A stretch of 64,000 nucleotides of DNA, taken from Okamejei kenojei. Its lineage: Eukaryota. The notes beneath the pieces were generated by a model that made no database searches, was not told where the DNA came from, and worked only from the letters and a program-made list of their open reading frames with translations. This document shows positions 26,637-39,814 of this stretch, one piece after another. The stretch spans positions 124,001 through 188,000 of the forward strand of contig CM069142.1 in the NCBI GenBank assembly GCA_035221665.1, given 5' to 3'. Both the position numbers and the translations under genes were made by a program. The first letter of the stretch is position 1, and every line of letters starts with the position of its first letter.

Positions 26637-26738
26637 CTTTTTCTTTCTTCAATTTACTGTGATAATTATACACGATCCAGACGCATATTGGTACTATTAG
26701 GATCAGACTCAGTAGGATGAAATAATACTTAAGGAATC
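26637..26738 (-). CDS. IgSF gene A exon 4 (transmembrane: RFLKYYFILLSLILIVPICVWIVYNYHSKLKKEK)
   Basis: Acceptor ttttcaag, donor AAG|GTAATG, phase 1/1, ~20-aa hydrophobic run followed by basic residues. Confidence 0.82.
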
Positions 26739-29019
26739 CTTGAAAATAACAATTGAAATGTGAATCAAAACTATGCTCCAATGAATTACAAATATAATCA
26801 TGACTAATGCATGTTACGTTTATATAATCATCATTTCAGTAAATGCATCATTAAACATGTATTTAGTTTAGTTTCATTCTGTTTAGAGAAACAGAATAGA
26901 ACCTGGTGCATCTGCCCACCGAGTCCATCGCTGACCATCGATCACCCGCTCACATCAATTCTATGTTGTCCCACTTTCACATCCACTCTCTCTACACACT
27001 AGAAGCAACGTGCAGGGATCAATCGAATTACAAACCAGAGCACCCGGAGGAAACCCACGTGGTCACAGCTAAAACAGGCAATCTCCGCACAGACGATTGA
27101 AACAGAAATATATTAAAATCTAATATTTCCGAGATATTTCTCTTGTGAAATATGTCAATAGGATTCTTTCTGCAGGAATTCCATGGTAAATATCACCAAT
27201 ACGTCTGTTAATATAGATACAGCTATGTGTGGGCATCGAAGGACGAGAAGCCAAAGCGAACAAGTGGAAGCCATATAATCAAACGGAAATGACACTGAAA
27301 AGCCAAATAATCCAACAGGCGCAACGCCGAAAAGCCAAATAACCGAAAGGTCGGGGCACCTAAAAGCCAACTAACTGAACGGACGCAACGCGGAAAAGCC
27401 AAATAATGGGCGGCACTTGTCAGCGATTGGTCCAGAACCCCCGCGTCCATCACATCACTGGCTGGGGGAGACAGGAGGGTGGTTGTCATTTTCCTCACAC
27501 AAGACCACCTGAGGTGGATTAGTAAAGAGAGCCCACATGGGTGGATTAGTAGACCTTGAAGAGGCATTGACACTTTTTTTTTATGTAGAGGGGTAATAGA
27601 GGTAAGGTATGTGATTTGAGAGTAATGAATGGTCTGCGGGGGGAAAAAAGTATGATGTACTCGACACCACTGCTAAAATGGCGCTATTAAATGCGCAAAG
27701 TTCAAAAAAACAAATTAACTGCAAATAAACTGAAAAAATACAGATTATCTGGTGTTTCGTGCGTTACGCATGGGGTGGAAGATTGCAACCTTCCGGTGTG
27801 GGAGGAGATAAAATTGTTCGTTGTCATGCACACTTGTCATCAGCCCGCCAGGGAATTTGTGTGTGTCCGCCCCCCCATGTTTTAAAAGCAATTTACTATG
27901 GCTGCCAGCACCCCGGTTGGTCTGCCCCCGTGGCCTGGGGGAGGGGGGTGAGTCGGGGAGGGGGTCGCGGCCCTGTTTCCACCAATCCTTCCACCAGCAC
28001 GCACAACAAGCACAACAAGCACAAGATAGACATCATTGTCTGGCTCTGGCTGAACAACTTCTAATCTTGAGTGTGGACTCGATAAGTGTTGTAAATTACC
28101 GAGCTGTTCATGAGAAGTGAAACATTTCACAAACCGCTTGGGTTTATTGGAAAATCAACTGTATAACTGCTTCCAAAAAGCCTCTTAAACACCACTATCA
28201 TATCTGCCTCCACTACCACCCCTGGCAGCGTGTTCCAGGCACACACCACCCTCTGTGTACAAAAACTCACCCTGCACATCTTTGTTAAACTTTGCCCCTT
28301 ATAAACCAAAGAACAAGGAAAAATCATTATGCAAAATCAACAGTGAATCCTTAATATAATGGTCTGTCTTGGAATGTGTTGTGCACGGAATCTGCCAACC
28401 TCATAAAGCATAGAACATAGTGCAGGCCCTTCAGCCTGTAATGTCTGAGACCAACATGGAGCCAAGTTAAACCAATCTTCTCTGCCTACACGTGAATCGT
28501 ATCCCTCCATTCCCTGCACATCCATATGCCTATCTGAACACCTCTTAAATGCCACTATCATATCAGCCTGCACCGCCACTACTAGCAGCATGATCCATGC
28601 ACTCCCACCCTCTGTTTAAAACAACTTGTCCCGTACATCTCCTTTAAACTTTGCCTCTCTCACCTTGAAGTTATGCCCTCTAGTCCGTGACATTTCCACT
28701 ATCTACCTTTCACATTGATTTGCTATATCTGCTTACTGTCTTCAGTAAATCATTTACTATGAAACCACAATCTCCCAAGTCACAGAGGATAAACGCTGCC
28801 TCCTGTCATATAATAATAAAGCACTACATTGGTTAGTAAGTAAAGGAACCAATCTACAATAAGAAGCTTTAAAAAAAAATAAAGAAAAGAAAGAAAATGC
28901 TGGAAATATGCAGCAGGTCAGGCAGCAAATGTGGAAAGAGAAAGTTAAAGAAACAGGTCAAGGACCGATCGTGAGAACAGGGAGCAAATTAGACGATAGA
29001 GAGATGAGCAGAATTTCAT

Positions 29020-29750
29020 AGGAAGGAACTGCGGATGCTGGTTTAAACCGAAGATAGTCACAAAATGCTGAAGTAACTCAGCGGGACAGAAGCATCTCTG
29101 GAGAGAAGGAAATGGTGATGTTTTGAGTCAAGACCTCTTCAGACTGAAAGTCAAGGGAAAGGGAAACAAGAGATATCGACACTGATGTAGAGAGATATAG
29201 ATATGCAAAAAAGTATTGATGATAAAGGAAACAGGTAATTGTTAGCTGTAGCTACGTGAGAACAAAAAGCTGTTGTGACTTGGATGGGGAGGGGTGGAGA
29301 GAGAGAGGGAATGCAAGGGTTACTTGAAGTTAGAGAAATCAATATACATGCCACTGGGCTGTAAGCTGCCCAAGCGAAATATGTGATGTTGTTCCTCCAA
29401 TTTCCATTTAACCTCACTTTGACAATGGAGGAGGTAGGACAGAAAGGTCAGTGTGGGAATGGGAAGGAGAATTAAAGTGTTTAGCAACCGGGAGATCAGG
29501 TAGGTCCAGGCGGACTAAGCGAAGGTGTTCAGCGAAACAATCGCCCAGTCTACATTTGGTCTCGCCGATGTATAAGAGTCCATACCTCGAACAACGGATA
29601 CAGTAGGTGAGGTTGGAGGAGATGCAAGTGAACCTCTGCCTAACCTGAAAGGATGACCGGGATCCCGGGATGGAATCGAGGGAGGAGGTATAGGGACAGG
29701 TGTTGCATTCCTTGCGGTTGCAGGGGAATTTTTACCTGGGGGAAAAGTGG
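29020..29750 (-). mobile_element. Penelope-like element 3' portion (GIY-YIG endonuclease remnant + terminal repeat)
   Basis: Minus strand reads CIRCSRYGLLYIGETKCRLGDCFAEHLR at ~29520-29600; followed by the CTGAAGA..AAA-bearing terminal repeat. Confidence 0.8.
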
Positions 29751-31232
29751 CAATAATTTCAAAAGTAAGTAAAAAGTAAATAAAAATCAGAAGGTAGACA
29801 CAAATGGCTGTAGTAACTCAGCGGTTCAGTCAGCTTGTCTAAAGAAATGAAATACTGTAGGTGACGTTTTGGGTCGCAACCCTTTTTCAGACAGATAGAT
29901 AGAGAATGTAGGAAAGAAATGCAGATGCTGGTTTATACCGAAGATAGACCAATGAAAACAAGAAAACTACTGTAAAGTAGAACATATAACAGGAACAGGT
30001 CCTTCAGCCCACTATGGCCATGAAGAACATGATGCCAAGTTAAACTAATCTCTGTTTGCATATAATCCATATCCCTCCATTCCCTGCAATTCCATGTGCC
30101 TATCAAAACCTGTAACGTCTAACACCACAAATGGCATCTACCTCCCCGACCACTCCTGGCAGCACGCCCCAGCTCACACCACCCTCAATAAAAACTTAAA
30201 TGCTCATAAGATCAGGCAGCATTTGTGAAGAGAAAATCAGAATAAATTTTTCAGGTCGCAACCTGTGTCAGAACTTTTTTTAACTATTTTGTTTTAGTTT
30301 AGGTTAGTTTATGGTCACGTGGACTGAGATACAGCAAAAAGCTTTTGTTTTCTCATCAAAATATACAATTTTGATTTTTTTCCCCACATTATGCTATACT
30401 TCACATCTATTTTCTTGTTCATATATTCTATCCACAGTCAACTTTCCTATCTGTCTTTGTATCATTCGAAAATTTAGCAACATCACAAAGCTGCCTTCAT
30501 AGGAGTCGTATACATTACAATATTTCATAATACAATATTCAGTCTGAAGAAGGGTCCTGACCCGAAACATCACCTATCCATGTTCTCCACAGATGCTGCC
30601 TGACCCGTTGAGTTCCTCCAGCACTTTGTGTTTATGCAGGATTCCAGCATCTGAGATTCCTGTGTCTCCACATTACTTTCCAACTGTCTGTGTCATCACC
30701 AAATTTAGCAACATCCCATCTCATGTGAGTCATAAAAAGTCATTGATCGTACAGTGTGGAAACAGGCCCTTTGCGTACAGTGACCAAGATACCCCTATCC
30801 TATCCATGTACCTGTCCAAATGTTTTTTAATCATTGTGATAGTACCTGCCTCAACTACCTCCTCTGGCAGCCTGAATTCAGAAAACTGTTGCATCTCAGG
30901 TTCCTATTGAATCTTTCCCCCTCACTTTAATCCCATTCTTCATACTCCTGAGCAGCAGCACTATAACCAGTGGGGCTCCGTGAGCGATATTGAAATGGTA
31001 ATAATTAAGTACAGTGTATAGTTTATGGAGAGACAAGGAACTGCAGATGCTGGAATCTTGAGCAAAACACAAAGTGCTGGGGGAACTCAGTGGGTCAGGG
31101 AGCATCTGTGGGCTGAAGAAGGGTCCCGACCCGAAACGACGCATGTCCATTCCCTCCACAGATGCTGAGTTCCTCCAGCACTTTGTGTGTTGCTCAAGAT
31201 TCCAGCATCTGCAGTTTCTCGAGTATCAATTT

Positions 31233-31397
31233 TATACATCTTTCTTCAACTTTCATTATTATTTGAAAACATTTACCGTCAAAACACGGCGTAAGTGCTT
31301 TATTAGACCAAGATATATATAATATATATATGATAAAGCATTTACGCCGTATTTTAACGGTAAATGTTTCAAATAATAATGAAGAAAGATGTGTATA
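31233..31397. repeat. Palindromic MITE-like element in intron 3 of gene A
   Basis: ~65-70-bp imperfect inverted arms around a ~30-bp AT-rich spacer. Confidence 0.8.
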
Positions 31398-32212
31398 TAT
31401 GAGCTGATATCATCGATGTATACATACACACATACATATATATAATATATAAGGCAGCAACTCAAATATATATATATATATATATCGATGCACAGATGAA
31501 CTGTACTTGAGTAGCTGCCTCACAGCGCCGTAGACGCGGGTTCAATCCTGACTACGGGAGTTGGATGTGTGGAGTTTGTACGTTCTCCCCGTGACCTGCG
31601 TGGGTTTTTTACGGATGCTCCGGTTTCCTCCCACAGTCCAAAGACGGACAGGTTTGTAGGTTTGTAGGTTAATTGGCTTCGGTAAAATTGTAAATTGTCC
31701 CTAATGGGCAGGGTAGTGTTAATGTATGATGTGTTTAAGAAGAAGGGTCTCGACCCGAAACGTCGCATATCCTTCTCTACATAGAAGCTGCCTCACCCGC
31801 TGAGATCCTCCAGCATTTTGTTCTCTACCCAGTGTATGAGGTGATCGCTGAGTGGCCGAAATGCCCTTTTTTTCCGCGTATCTTTAAAGTCTAAAAGTCT
31901 AAATGCATATTTGCAGTAGACATTGTACACTTTTGATCAGGTCAATGAATTGCGTTCAACGTTCTCCAGAGATGCTACTTGACCCGCTGAGTTACTCCGC
32001 TGGCTACGTTGAACAAATTTGTACAAATGTACTATTAAACCTTGCAATCTTGGACATGTGTAGGACGGAACTGCAGATACTAGTTTACACCGCAGATCGA
32101 CACAAAATGTTGGAGTAACTCGGCAGTAACTGAGCCGCTGAGTTCCTCCAGCACTCTGTGTATCTTCAGTAATTGGAGGACGCTGGCTGCCACGTTCATT
32201 CAAGCCACTTAC

Positions 32213-32512
32213 TTGGGGTGGGAGAGAAGCGTTCGCTCACCGAGCCCGTCCCCGTGAGGTGCTGAACCAGGCAGGTGGCGACCGTGCCCGCCTCTAGCCG
32301 AGGGTCGGTGAGCCGCAACCGGGAGCTCACGTTGAAGCTTCCATCCCCGTTCTCCCTCAGCGGCCCCGCTTCTGTTTCATAGGACAACTGCCCCACGACA
32401 GCCCAGGACATGTTCAGCTCCCTCGGGAAGAATCCGGCGGCCACACAAGTCAGGCTCCGCGTCTCTGCGCCTTCTACCCCGGGATCCAGGGTCAGGGAGA
32501 TGTCAGGCTTCG
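32213..32512 (-). CDS. IgSF gene A exon 3 (C1-set Ig domain)
   Basis: AKPDISL..LTCVAAGFFPRELNMSW..NGDGSFNVSSRL..ATCLVQH; acceptor ttttcctactttacgcag, donor GTAAGT; 300 nt, phase 1/1. Confidence 0.92.
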
Positions 32513-34930
32513 CTGCGTAAAGTAGGAAAATAGCACGCTGTGAATCTTCCAGTCGCTCTCAGTCATGCCTGGAGCAACTGTGATAACACGGCACGCCGTG
32601 CACCGTGCAGGAGGTGCAACCACGTAATTCAATGGATTAGTAGCGGAATAAAGAGGAGCTGCAAATGCTGGTTTATATCAAAGAAAGGCACAAGTACTGG
32701 AGTAACTCAGAGGGTCAGGCGGCATCTCCGGAGAACATGGGTAGGTAACGAGACACAAAGTGCTGGAGTAACGCTTCATGGATGATATGTGATGTTTCGG
32801 GTCGGGTTACTTCTACAGACTACATCTCTTCAGTCTGTGTCTCAAAATACACAATAAGAGAGAAAAATACAGGAAGCGAATGAAATGGAATTGGAGATTG
32901 GAGATGCTGGATTTTTTAAGAATAAGGGGTAGGCCATTTAGAATGGGGATGAGGAAAAACATTTCACCCAGAGAGTTGTGAATCTGTGGAGTTCGCTGCC
33001 TCAGAAGGCAGTGGAGGCCAATTCTCTCGATGCTTTCAAGAGCGAGTTATAGAACTCTTAAAGATAGTGGAGTCCAGGGATATGGGGAGAAGGCAGGAAC
33101 GGGATACTGGTTGTGGATGATCAGCCATGATCACAGTGAATCTGCGGGGGCGATGGACAGGCGGCGTTTCGGGTCGGGACCCTTCCTCGGTCTGAATCGC
33201 CACGTGTCCATTCCCTCCACAGATGCTGCCGGACCCGCCGACTTCCTCCAGCACTTTGTGTATTTTAATGCATTAAATAGACGTGAATATCTTGTAGACG
33301 GTAAACTAAATCAAAGCAGATGATGGACATTAAAACAGAACATATAAATATTCAGCCGGACAGGCCTGATTCGCGGGAAGAGGCTGACGGTCCATGTTCT
33401 CCAGAGATGCTGCCTGACCCGATGAGTTACTCCAGCACTTTGCGTCTTTTTTTTAACCAGCACCTCCGGTTCCTTGTGTCTCAGGGTCAGGGTTTCGGCT
33501 GGAAGCCTTCAATGTGAATCGGTAAATCCCCCCCCCCCCCCCCCCCCCACCTTCAATGAAGCGTGAGGAATGTGTGCGACCATCCCCACTGTCCGCTGAT
33601 GCGGTGGGGTGGGGACCTCACACGCGTCCCAAGTTCCCCAACCCGAATGCTGCCTTAACCGCCGACTTCCCCAGTGCTTTGTGTTTTGCTTAAAGAAGAC
33701 TTCAGCGCCTGCAGTTCCCCGTCTCCACTTCTATTTCTTTCCCTTCCTGCATTTTATCTCTTTCTATTAATGTGTATGTTGCGGCACAAACCAATCCAGC
33801 CCTGACCCTAAACGTCACCTATCCATGATCTCCACAGGTGCTGCCTGACCCGCTATAAACCAGTGTCTACATGTGCCTGCTCCACTGTGAAATCCATCAA
33901 GGTATGCCTTCTTTGAAGAAGTTATCCTCCTCTCTCCGACGCAGTTCTGTAATAACCTCTCTCGCAGTCTGTAGTCGGGCCCCGTACCGAGACGTCGCCG
34001 ATCCATGATCTCCAGAGGTGCTGCCTGACCCGATGAGTTACTCCAGCACTTTGAGTCTGCCCTCTCTCACTGCTGCCCTCATTGATTCTGTCGCTTATAT
34101 TTAGTTGTGTTCATTTTCACACATAAACATGATACATCTGCCGCACATTTGGTTATCGCAGCCGGGAATTGTTTTCAGGGCCAGTTACTCTACTTCCCTG
34201 GAGCCCGGAAGCAAATGTTAAACCGAACTTGACAAAGACGGTCAGGTCTAGAGGGAATCTAGAGAAAACTGGGAGAAACAAAGAGGCTTTTGTTTCCACA
34301 CTCCCTCCGTGTAAGGAAACCAAGGTAATTAAATGGCAGCACTAGACCTGTTGGGGATGTAAACACTGCGACCGAGGTTGAGGTTGTTTTCATTATCTAT
34401 TTTGTATCATTAGGGAGACGGGAGGAACTCCAGATGCGAGTTTTTTTTTAAACCAAAGATAGACTCAAAGCGCTGGATTAACGCAGCGGGTCAGGCAGCG
34501 TCTCTGGAAATCAGGGATAGATGGCGTTTGGGTTCGGGACCTTTTGTCAGACTGGGTTGGTTTGTGCCGGAAAATGAGCATTAATAGAGAGAGATGAAAT
34601 GCAGGAATGAAATGGAAGTAGAGACAGGGAACTGCAGGGGATGCAGTCTTAAGCAAAACACAAAATGCTGGAGGAACTCAGCGGTTAAGGCCGCATCTGT
34701 GGAGGGAATGGACAGGCGGCGTTTCGGGTTGGAGAACTCGGGATTCGTGTGATTCACCAATCCCACCGCATCAGATCTCGGGGTGGCTGTGGAGGCAGAT
34801 ACGATCGCAGAGTTTAAGAGACTTTTGGATAGACACATGAATATACAAGTTAGTTTAACCTGGCCTCATGGTCCGCACGAACATTGTGGGCTGAAGGCCT
34901 TGTTCCTGTTGTATGTTCTATATTAATTAC

Positions 34931-35263
34931 CTCGGATGTGTAATGTTGATCCGTTTCCTATAAACGTTTTCCAGATATCATCATGTATCAGTGCCACACA
35001 ATGGTAAGTGTCTGCATCGTGCACAGTCACCTCCCGAATGACCAGCGAGCCCATAGATACGGACAGTCGGTCGCCTGTCTTCAGAAAACTCTCGGTCTTG
35101 TTGTCCCAGAGCTCCGGGTTGTCTTTCGTCCGAAACCAGTATTGCCTCATTGAAACTTCCTCCCCCTCTCTGGGTAGCAGGGAGCAAGTGAACGTAGCTG
35201 TCTGCCCTCGGAGAAGCGTCAGAGCAGCAGGAGACTGGGTCACCCTCACACCGACAGCGGGCC
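34931..35263 (-). CDS. IgSF gene A exon 2 (V-set domain with germline J-like GNGS motif)
   Basis: VTQSP..ATFTC..YWFR..DADTYHC..FIGNGSTLHIR; AG/GT boundaries; 333 nt, phase 1/1. Confidence 0.93.
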
Positions 35264-35501
35264 CTGGCACGGAAAGTGAACATAGTTAACGACGTCTTCC
35301 GAGTAACTCGAGTTTACTATCATGGGCACAAGGACAGTGAGGTCCAGGCGCAATTAAACCACCCCTCTCTCACCTGTAACTACTTGTGTAGGAAGGAACT
35401 GCAGATGCTGATCTGTATCGAAGACAGACACAAAGTGCTGGAGAAACTCAGCGGCGCTGGCAGAATCTCTGGAGAACATATCTGAAGAAAGGTCGCGACG
35501 C

Positions 35502-35757
35502 GAAACGTCACCTATCCATGTTCTCCACAGATGCTCTGACCCGCTGAGTTACTCCAGCACTGTGTGAAATGTCACCTATCCATGTTCTCCACAGATGCTG
35601 CCTGACCCGCTGAGTTACTCCAGCACTCTGTGAAACGTCACCTATCCATGTTCTCCACAGATGCTCTGACCCGCTGAGTTACTCCAGCACTCTGTGAAAC
35701 GTCACCTATCCATGTTCTCCACAGATGCTGCCTGACCCGCTGAGTTACTCCAACACC
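35502..35757 (+). repeat. Four tandem 64-66-bp copies of part of the Penelope-associated short repeat
   Basis: Units starting GAAA(C/T)GTCACCTATCC at 35502, 35566, 35632, 35696. Confidence 0.9.
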
Positions 35758-36507
35758 GTGTTTTGTTCAAGATTCCAGCATCTGCACTTCATTGTGTCTC
35801 TTACGTTTAGTTGCGTTAACGTCCTCAAGTAAACTAACTGCATTTCCAGCACCTACAGTTCCTTGTGTCGCTTATATTTAAGATAGACACAAGGATTTAA
35901 GATAGTCACATCTCTGGAGAAAAATGACCGGTGACGTTTCGGGTCGGAACCTTTCCCTTAAATTGATTCGTGTTAACTTTCTGACATAGAAACATAGAAA
36001 ATAGGTGCAGGAGGAGGCCATTCGGCCCTTCGAGCCAGCACCGCCATTCATTGTGATCATGGCTGATCGTCCCCAATCAATAACCTTTGCCTGCCTTCTA
36101 CCCTTATCCCTTGACTCCACTAGCCCCTAGAGCTCTATCTCACTCTTAAATCCATCCAGTGATTTGGCCTCCACTGCCCTCTGTGGCAGGGAATTCCACA
36201 AATTCACAACTCTCCGGGTGAAAACGTTTTTTCTGCCTCAGTCTTAAATGGCCTCCCCTTTATTCTTATTTTAACTACATTTTCAATTTCTGCTTTTGTG
36301 TCTAAATTAAAAACTTGCTTGCAACAGCTTCAAATGCACCTACACTGAAACAAACACATATTCAAAAACAAATTGAGCATAAATTACACATGACATTTCT
36401 AAAAGACGGCAAAAAAGCAACAAACATTAGTGCAAAAGGGATAGAAAGAAACATTATCGGAAGACAACGTGAACAGAGGTTGGCAAGGGTGAACATGAAT
36501 GCCTTAC

Positions 36508-36556
36508 CTGGGAGAAGGAGGCAGAGTGTGTAGATGAATGTTGCAAACGATGACAT
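36508..36556 (-). CDS. IgSF gene A exon 1 (signal peptide MSSFATFIYTLCLLLPG)
   Basis: ATG at 36556, hydrophobic leader, donor CAG|GTAAGG, phase 1 compatible with the V exon. Confidence 0.85.
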
Positions 36557-39500
36557 CTTGTGAGGGAAGTGCCGAGACACGGATCACACGGAGCCGCTGG
36601 TCATTCTGCAGAATTCACAACCGCTGCGAGTTTTTCTGCGCTGCTGTGCGTCAGATCGACCGCAGATTGGACGGTCGTTCAGTGGAACAACTCTTCGTAC
36701 ATTTGTGGAAAGAGGAACTGAAGATGCTGATATACAAGAAAAGGGGCAGAAAGTGCTGAAGTAACTCAGCGGATCAGGCAGCATCTCTAGAGAACATGAA
36801 TAGGAACCAACCCGAAACATCACCTCTCCACGTTCTCCAGCCAAGCTGCCTGGGCCGCTGAGTTACTCCAGCACTTTGTGTCTTCATTCATGCGGCCCGA
36901 CACGTATCTCTCCTGCGGCACTTACACGGCAGTCTTGTTTCTTTACGCTGCGACCGCGACCTGCACCCCGTGGAATTCACTTAGAACATAAACACAGCAT
37001 GCAAACAGGCCATTCGGCCCATCGAGGACGGCACAATGGCTCATCTGGTATAGCTGCTGCCTCACAGCGCCAGAGACCCGAGTTCGATCCTGACCTCGGG
37101 TGCTGTTTGTGTGTGGAGTTTAAACGTTCTCCTTGTGACCACGTGGGTTTCTTCCCACATCCCAAAGACGTGCGGGTTTGTAGGTTATTTGGCCTTTGTA
37201 AATGTCCTCTCGTGTAGAGGAGTGGATGAGAAAGTGGGACAGCATGGAACTAGTGTAAACGGGTTATGGATGGTCTGCGTGGACTCGATGGGACAGCAGT
37301 TCCCCCTCGCCAGGTCCCCCATTGTTCTCTGGGTCCCCCCATTGCTGTCGGCGGTGCGGTTCCCGTTGACGCCAGCGGCTTGGCGCTGAGTTGGAATCTG
37401 CGATGGGTTGTTACCGGTGGATCTGCGCCATCGGTCCACACGGGCGGCTGCTCCGTCACGCATGCAGTGAGTGATGACAGAGGGGGCAGCTTCTGGAACC
37501 GGGGACATCTCAGGAACCGCCTGTGAGATTGCTCCACTCCAATGGATCACGTTTAGGGGCGGCACAGTGGGTGGAGTTGCTGCTTCACAGCGCCAGTGAC
37601 CCGGGTTCGATCCTGACCTCGGGGGCTGACTGTGGAGTTGGTAAGTTCTACGTGTTTTACTCACGGGCGCTCCTGTTTCCTTCCACATCCCAATGACATG
37701 TGGATTTGATTGGACTTTACCGGCCCTCAGACTATCTTTGATCGGACTTTATCTTGTACTAAACGTTATCCCCTTCATCATGTAACTATACATTGTGAAT
37801 GGCTCGATTGTAATCATGTGTCGTCTTTCCGCTGACTGGTTAGCACACAACAAAAGCTTTTCACTATAACTCGGGACACGTGGCAATAAACTAAACTCTG
37901 TAAATTATCCGTAGTGTGTAGCGAGTTGATGAGGCAGAAGCGTTAGTTTCCACGCTGTATCTCAAAACTCCACTACTATGGATCTACTCTATGGATCTAT
38001 GGATCAAAACTATGGATCTACTCAAAGAAGTTGGCTCAGTTTTGATCACCTTGCAGAAGGAAGGGATGCCATTAAGCTGGAATTTAAAGTCAAATCGGGC
38101 GCATGCAAATATATTGCCAAACTTCTCGCCTGAACTGCTGGAGATAACCGAGTGCTTTAAATGCGACTCCTGGACTGCGGCAACATCACACGCCCTGAGC
38201 GGGAGAGGAACTTGGTAACTCAAGAGTAAGCGGGAGAGGAGCTTGGTAACTCTGGAGACGAACTTGGAACATCGCAGAAATGACAAGCAAACAGCAAACT
38301 TACCATACCCGTGGGAACTCGGTTCAAACACTTGAACATCAACTTGGAATCTCGTACACAACCACGAGTCTGTCACTCGGGGTCAACTCGCACCGTGAAA
38401 CAGGGCCTTGGAGGATATTGCCAGGACTCGTGGGCCTTAGGGAGACACTAGACTAAGTGGAACCCGTTGGGTCCCTGTCACACGGGTGGCCTGATCCACC
38501 AACGCAACCTGTTCGCCAACGCAATATTCCATCACTCACCCATAGCCCCCAACTGCGCAGGCGCGGCACATTTCCCCTCAGAAATTGTGTTCCTACGGTT
38601 GGGAGCTTTTGCATTTTTCAGCTTGAAATTGTGCAATCTGGTACATACTGTAGTGAGTCTTTTAACTTACACTTGAATGCAACATTTATGCTTTAAATTG
38701 GATTAGGTATGAATAAGGTTAGGCTAAATTACATTCCTAACTACATTCCACAATAGAGCCAGGCTCTGATCAACAGGTGCAGCACATGAATTACTATATT
38801 CATGTATGGAAATCAGATTATATTCATGCTGTCATGCATATATATAGAGAAAAACTCAGAGAAACAAAGCAAAAGTCGGACTTCCATCACTGTTCTGCAC
38901 AAAAAAATCAATCAACATTGTTCAAGAAGGAACTGCAGATGTTGGAGAATCGAAGATAGACAAAATTGCTGGAGAAACTCAGTGGGTGTGGCAGCATCTA
39001 TGGAGCGAAGGAAATGGGCAACGTTTCGGGCTGAAACCCATCTTCAGAAGGTTTCAACCTTACCCTTTGAATATTGAAACAAGACAAAAATAATGCCCCA
39101 TATTCAATCATATATGGTTCAATGAAATTAAGATATATATGTAAAAATATATATGGAAACAGGCCCTTCCGCCCACCAGGTCCACACCGACCAGCAATCT
39201 ATCATACCCCAATTCCATCCATCACGCCAGGGACAATTTACAGAAGCCAATTAACCTACAAACCTGCACTTCTTTCGGATATGGGAGAAACCGGAATATC
39301 CAGAGAAAACCCACGTGGTAGTGAGGCAGCACCTCTACCGCTGCACCACCGTGCCACCACATTACATTATTTTTTTTGTAATATATTTATTATGGTGTCA
39401 TGTGAATAAAGATGAACACATGATTCTGATTTCTGCCCTTAGTTGGATAACACACATGTCCAGTCATTGTGTTTTACGGCTGGTTTTCAACCTCTTCAGG

Positions 39501-39814
39501 CTGAAGGTCTCGACTCGAAACATCACCCATTCTTTCTCTCCAGAGATGCTGCATGTCCTGCTGAGTTTTTCTAGTTTTTAGTGTCTATCTTCAGTTTAAA
39601 CGTGCATCAGCAATTCCTTCCTACACTATTTGTTAAGCAAAACAAGTCCTATTTCATTATATAATTTTGTGATCAGCGTGAGAGCATGAGAATTTTGTGA
39701 AATGCGCGAGTCTCACGCTCAATGCATGAAAGTCGGCAGCCCTGCTAATAATGCAAACATTTTATGCAAGTTCCAATTGTTTGGACAAAAATCACTTATT
39801 ACTGCTTTATAATA

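Noticed and set aside
34931-35263. Rearranging TCR/Ig V segment or germline-joined IgL
   Set aside because: No RSS seen, J-like strand is in the same exon and lacks FGxG/WGxG, and the gene has its own TM and long cytoplasmic exons
35502-35757. CRISPR-like array
   Set aside because: Eukaryotic DNA; units are wholly repeated with no unique spacers
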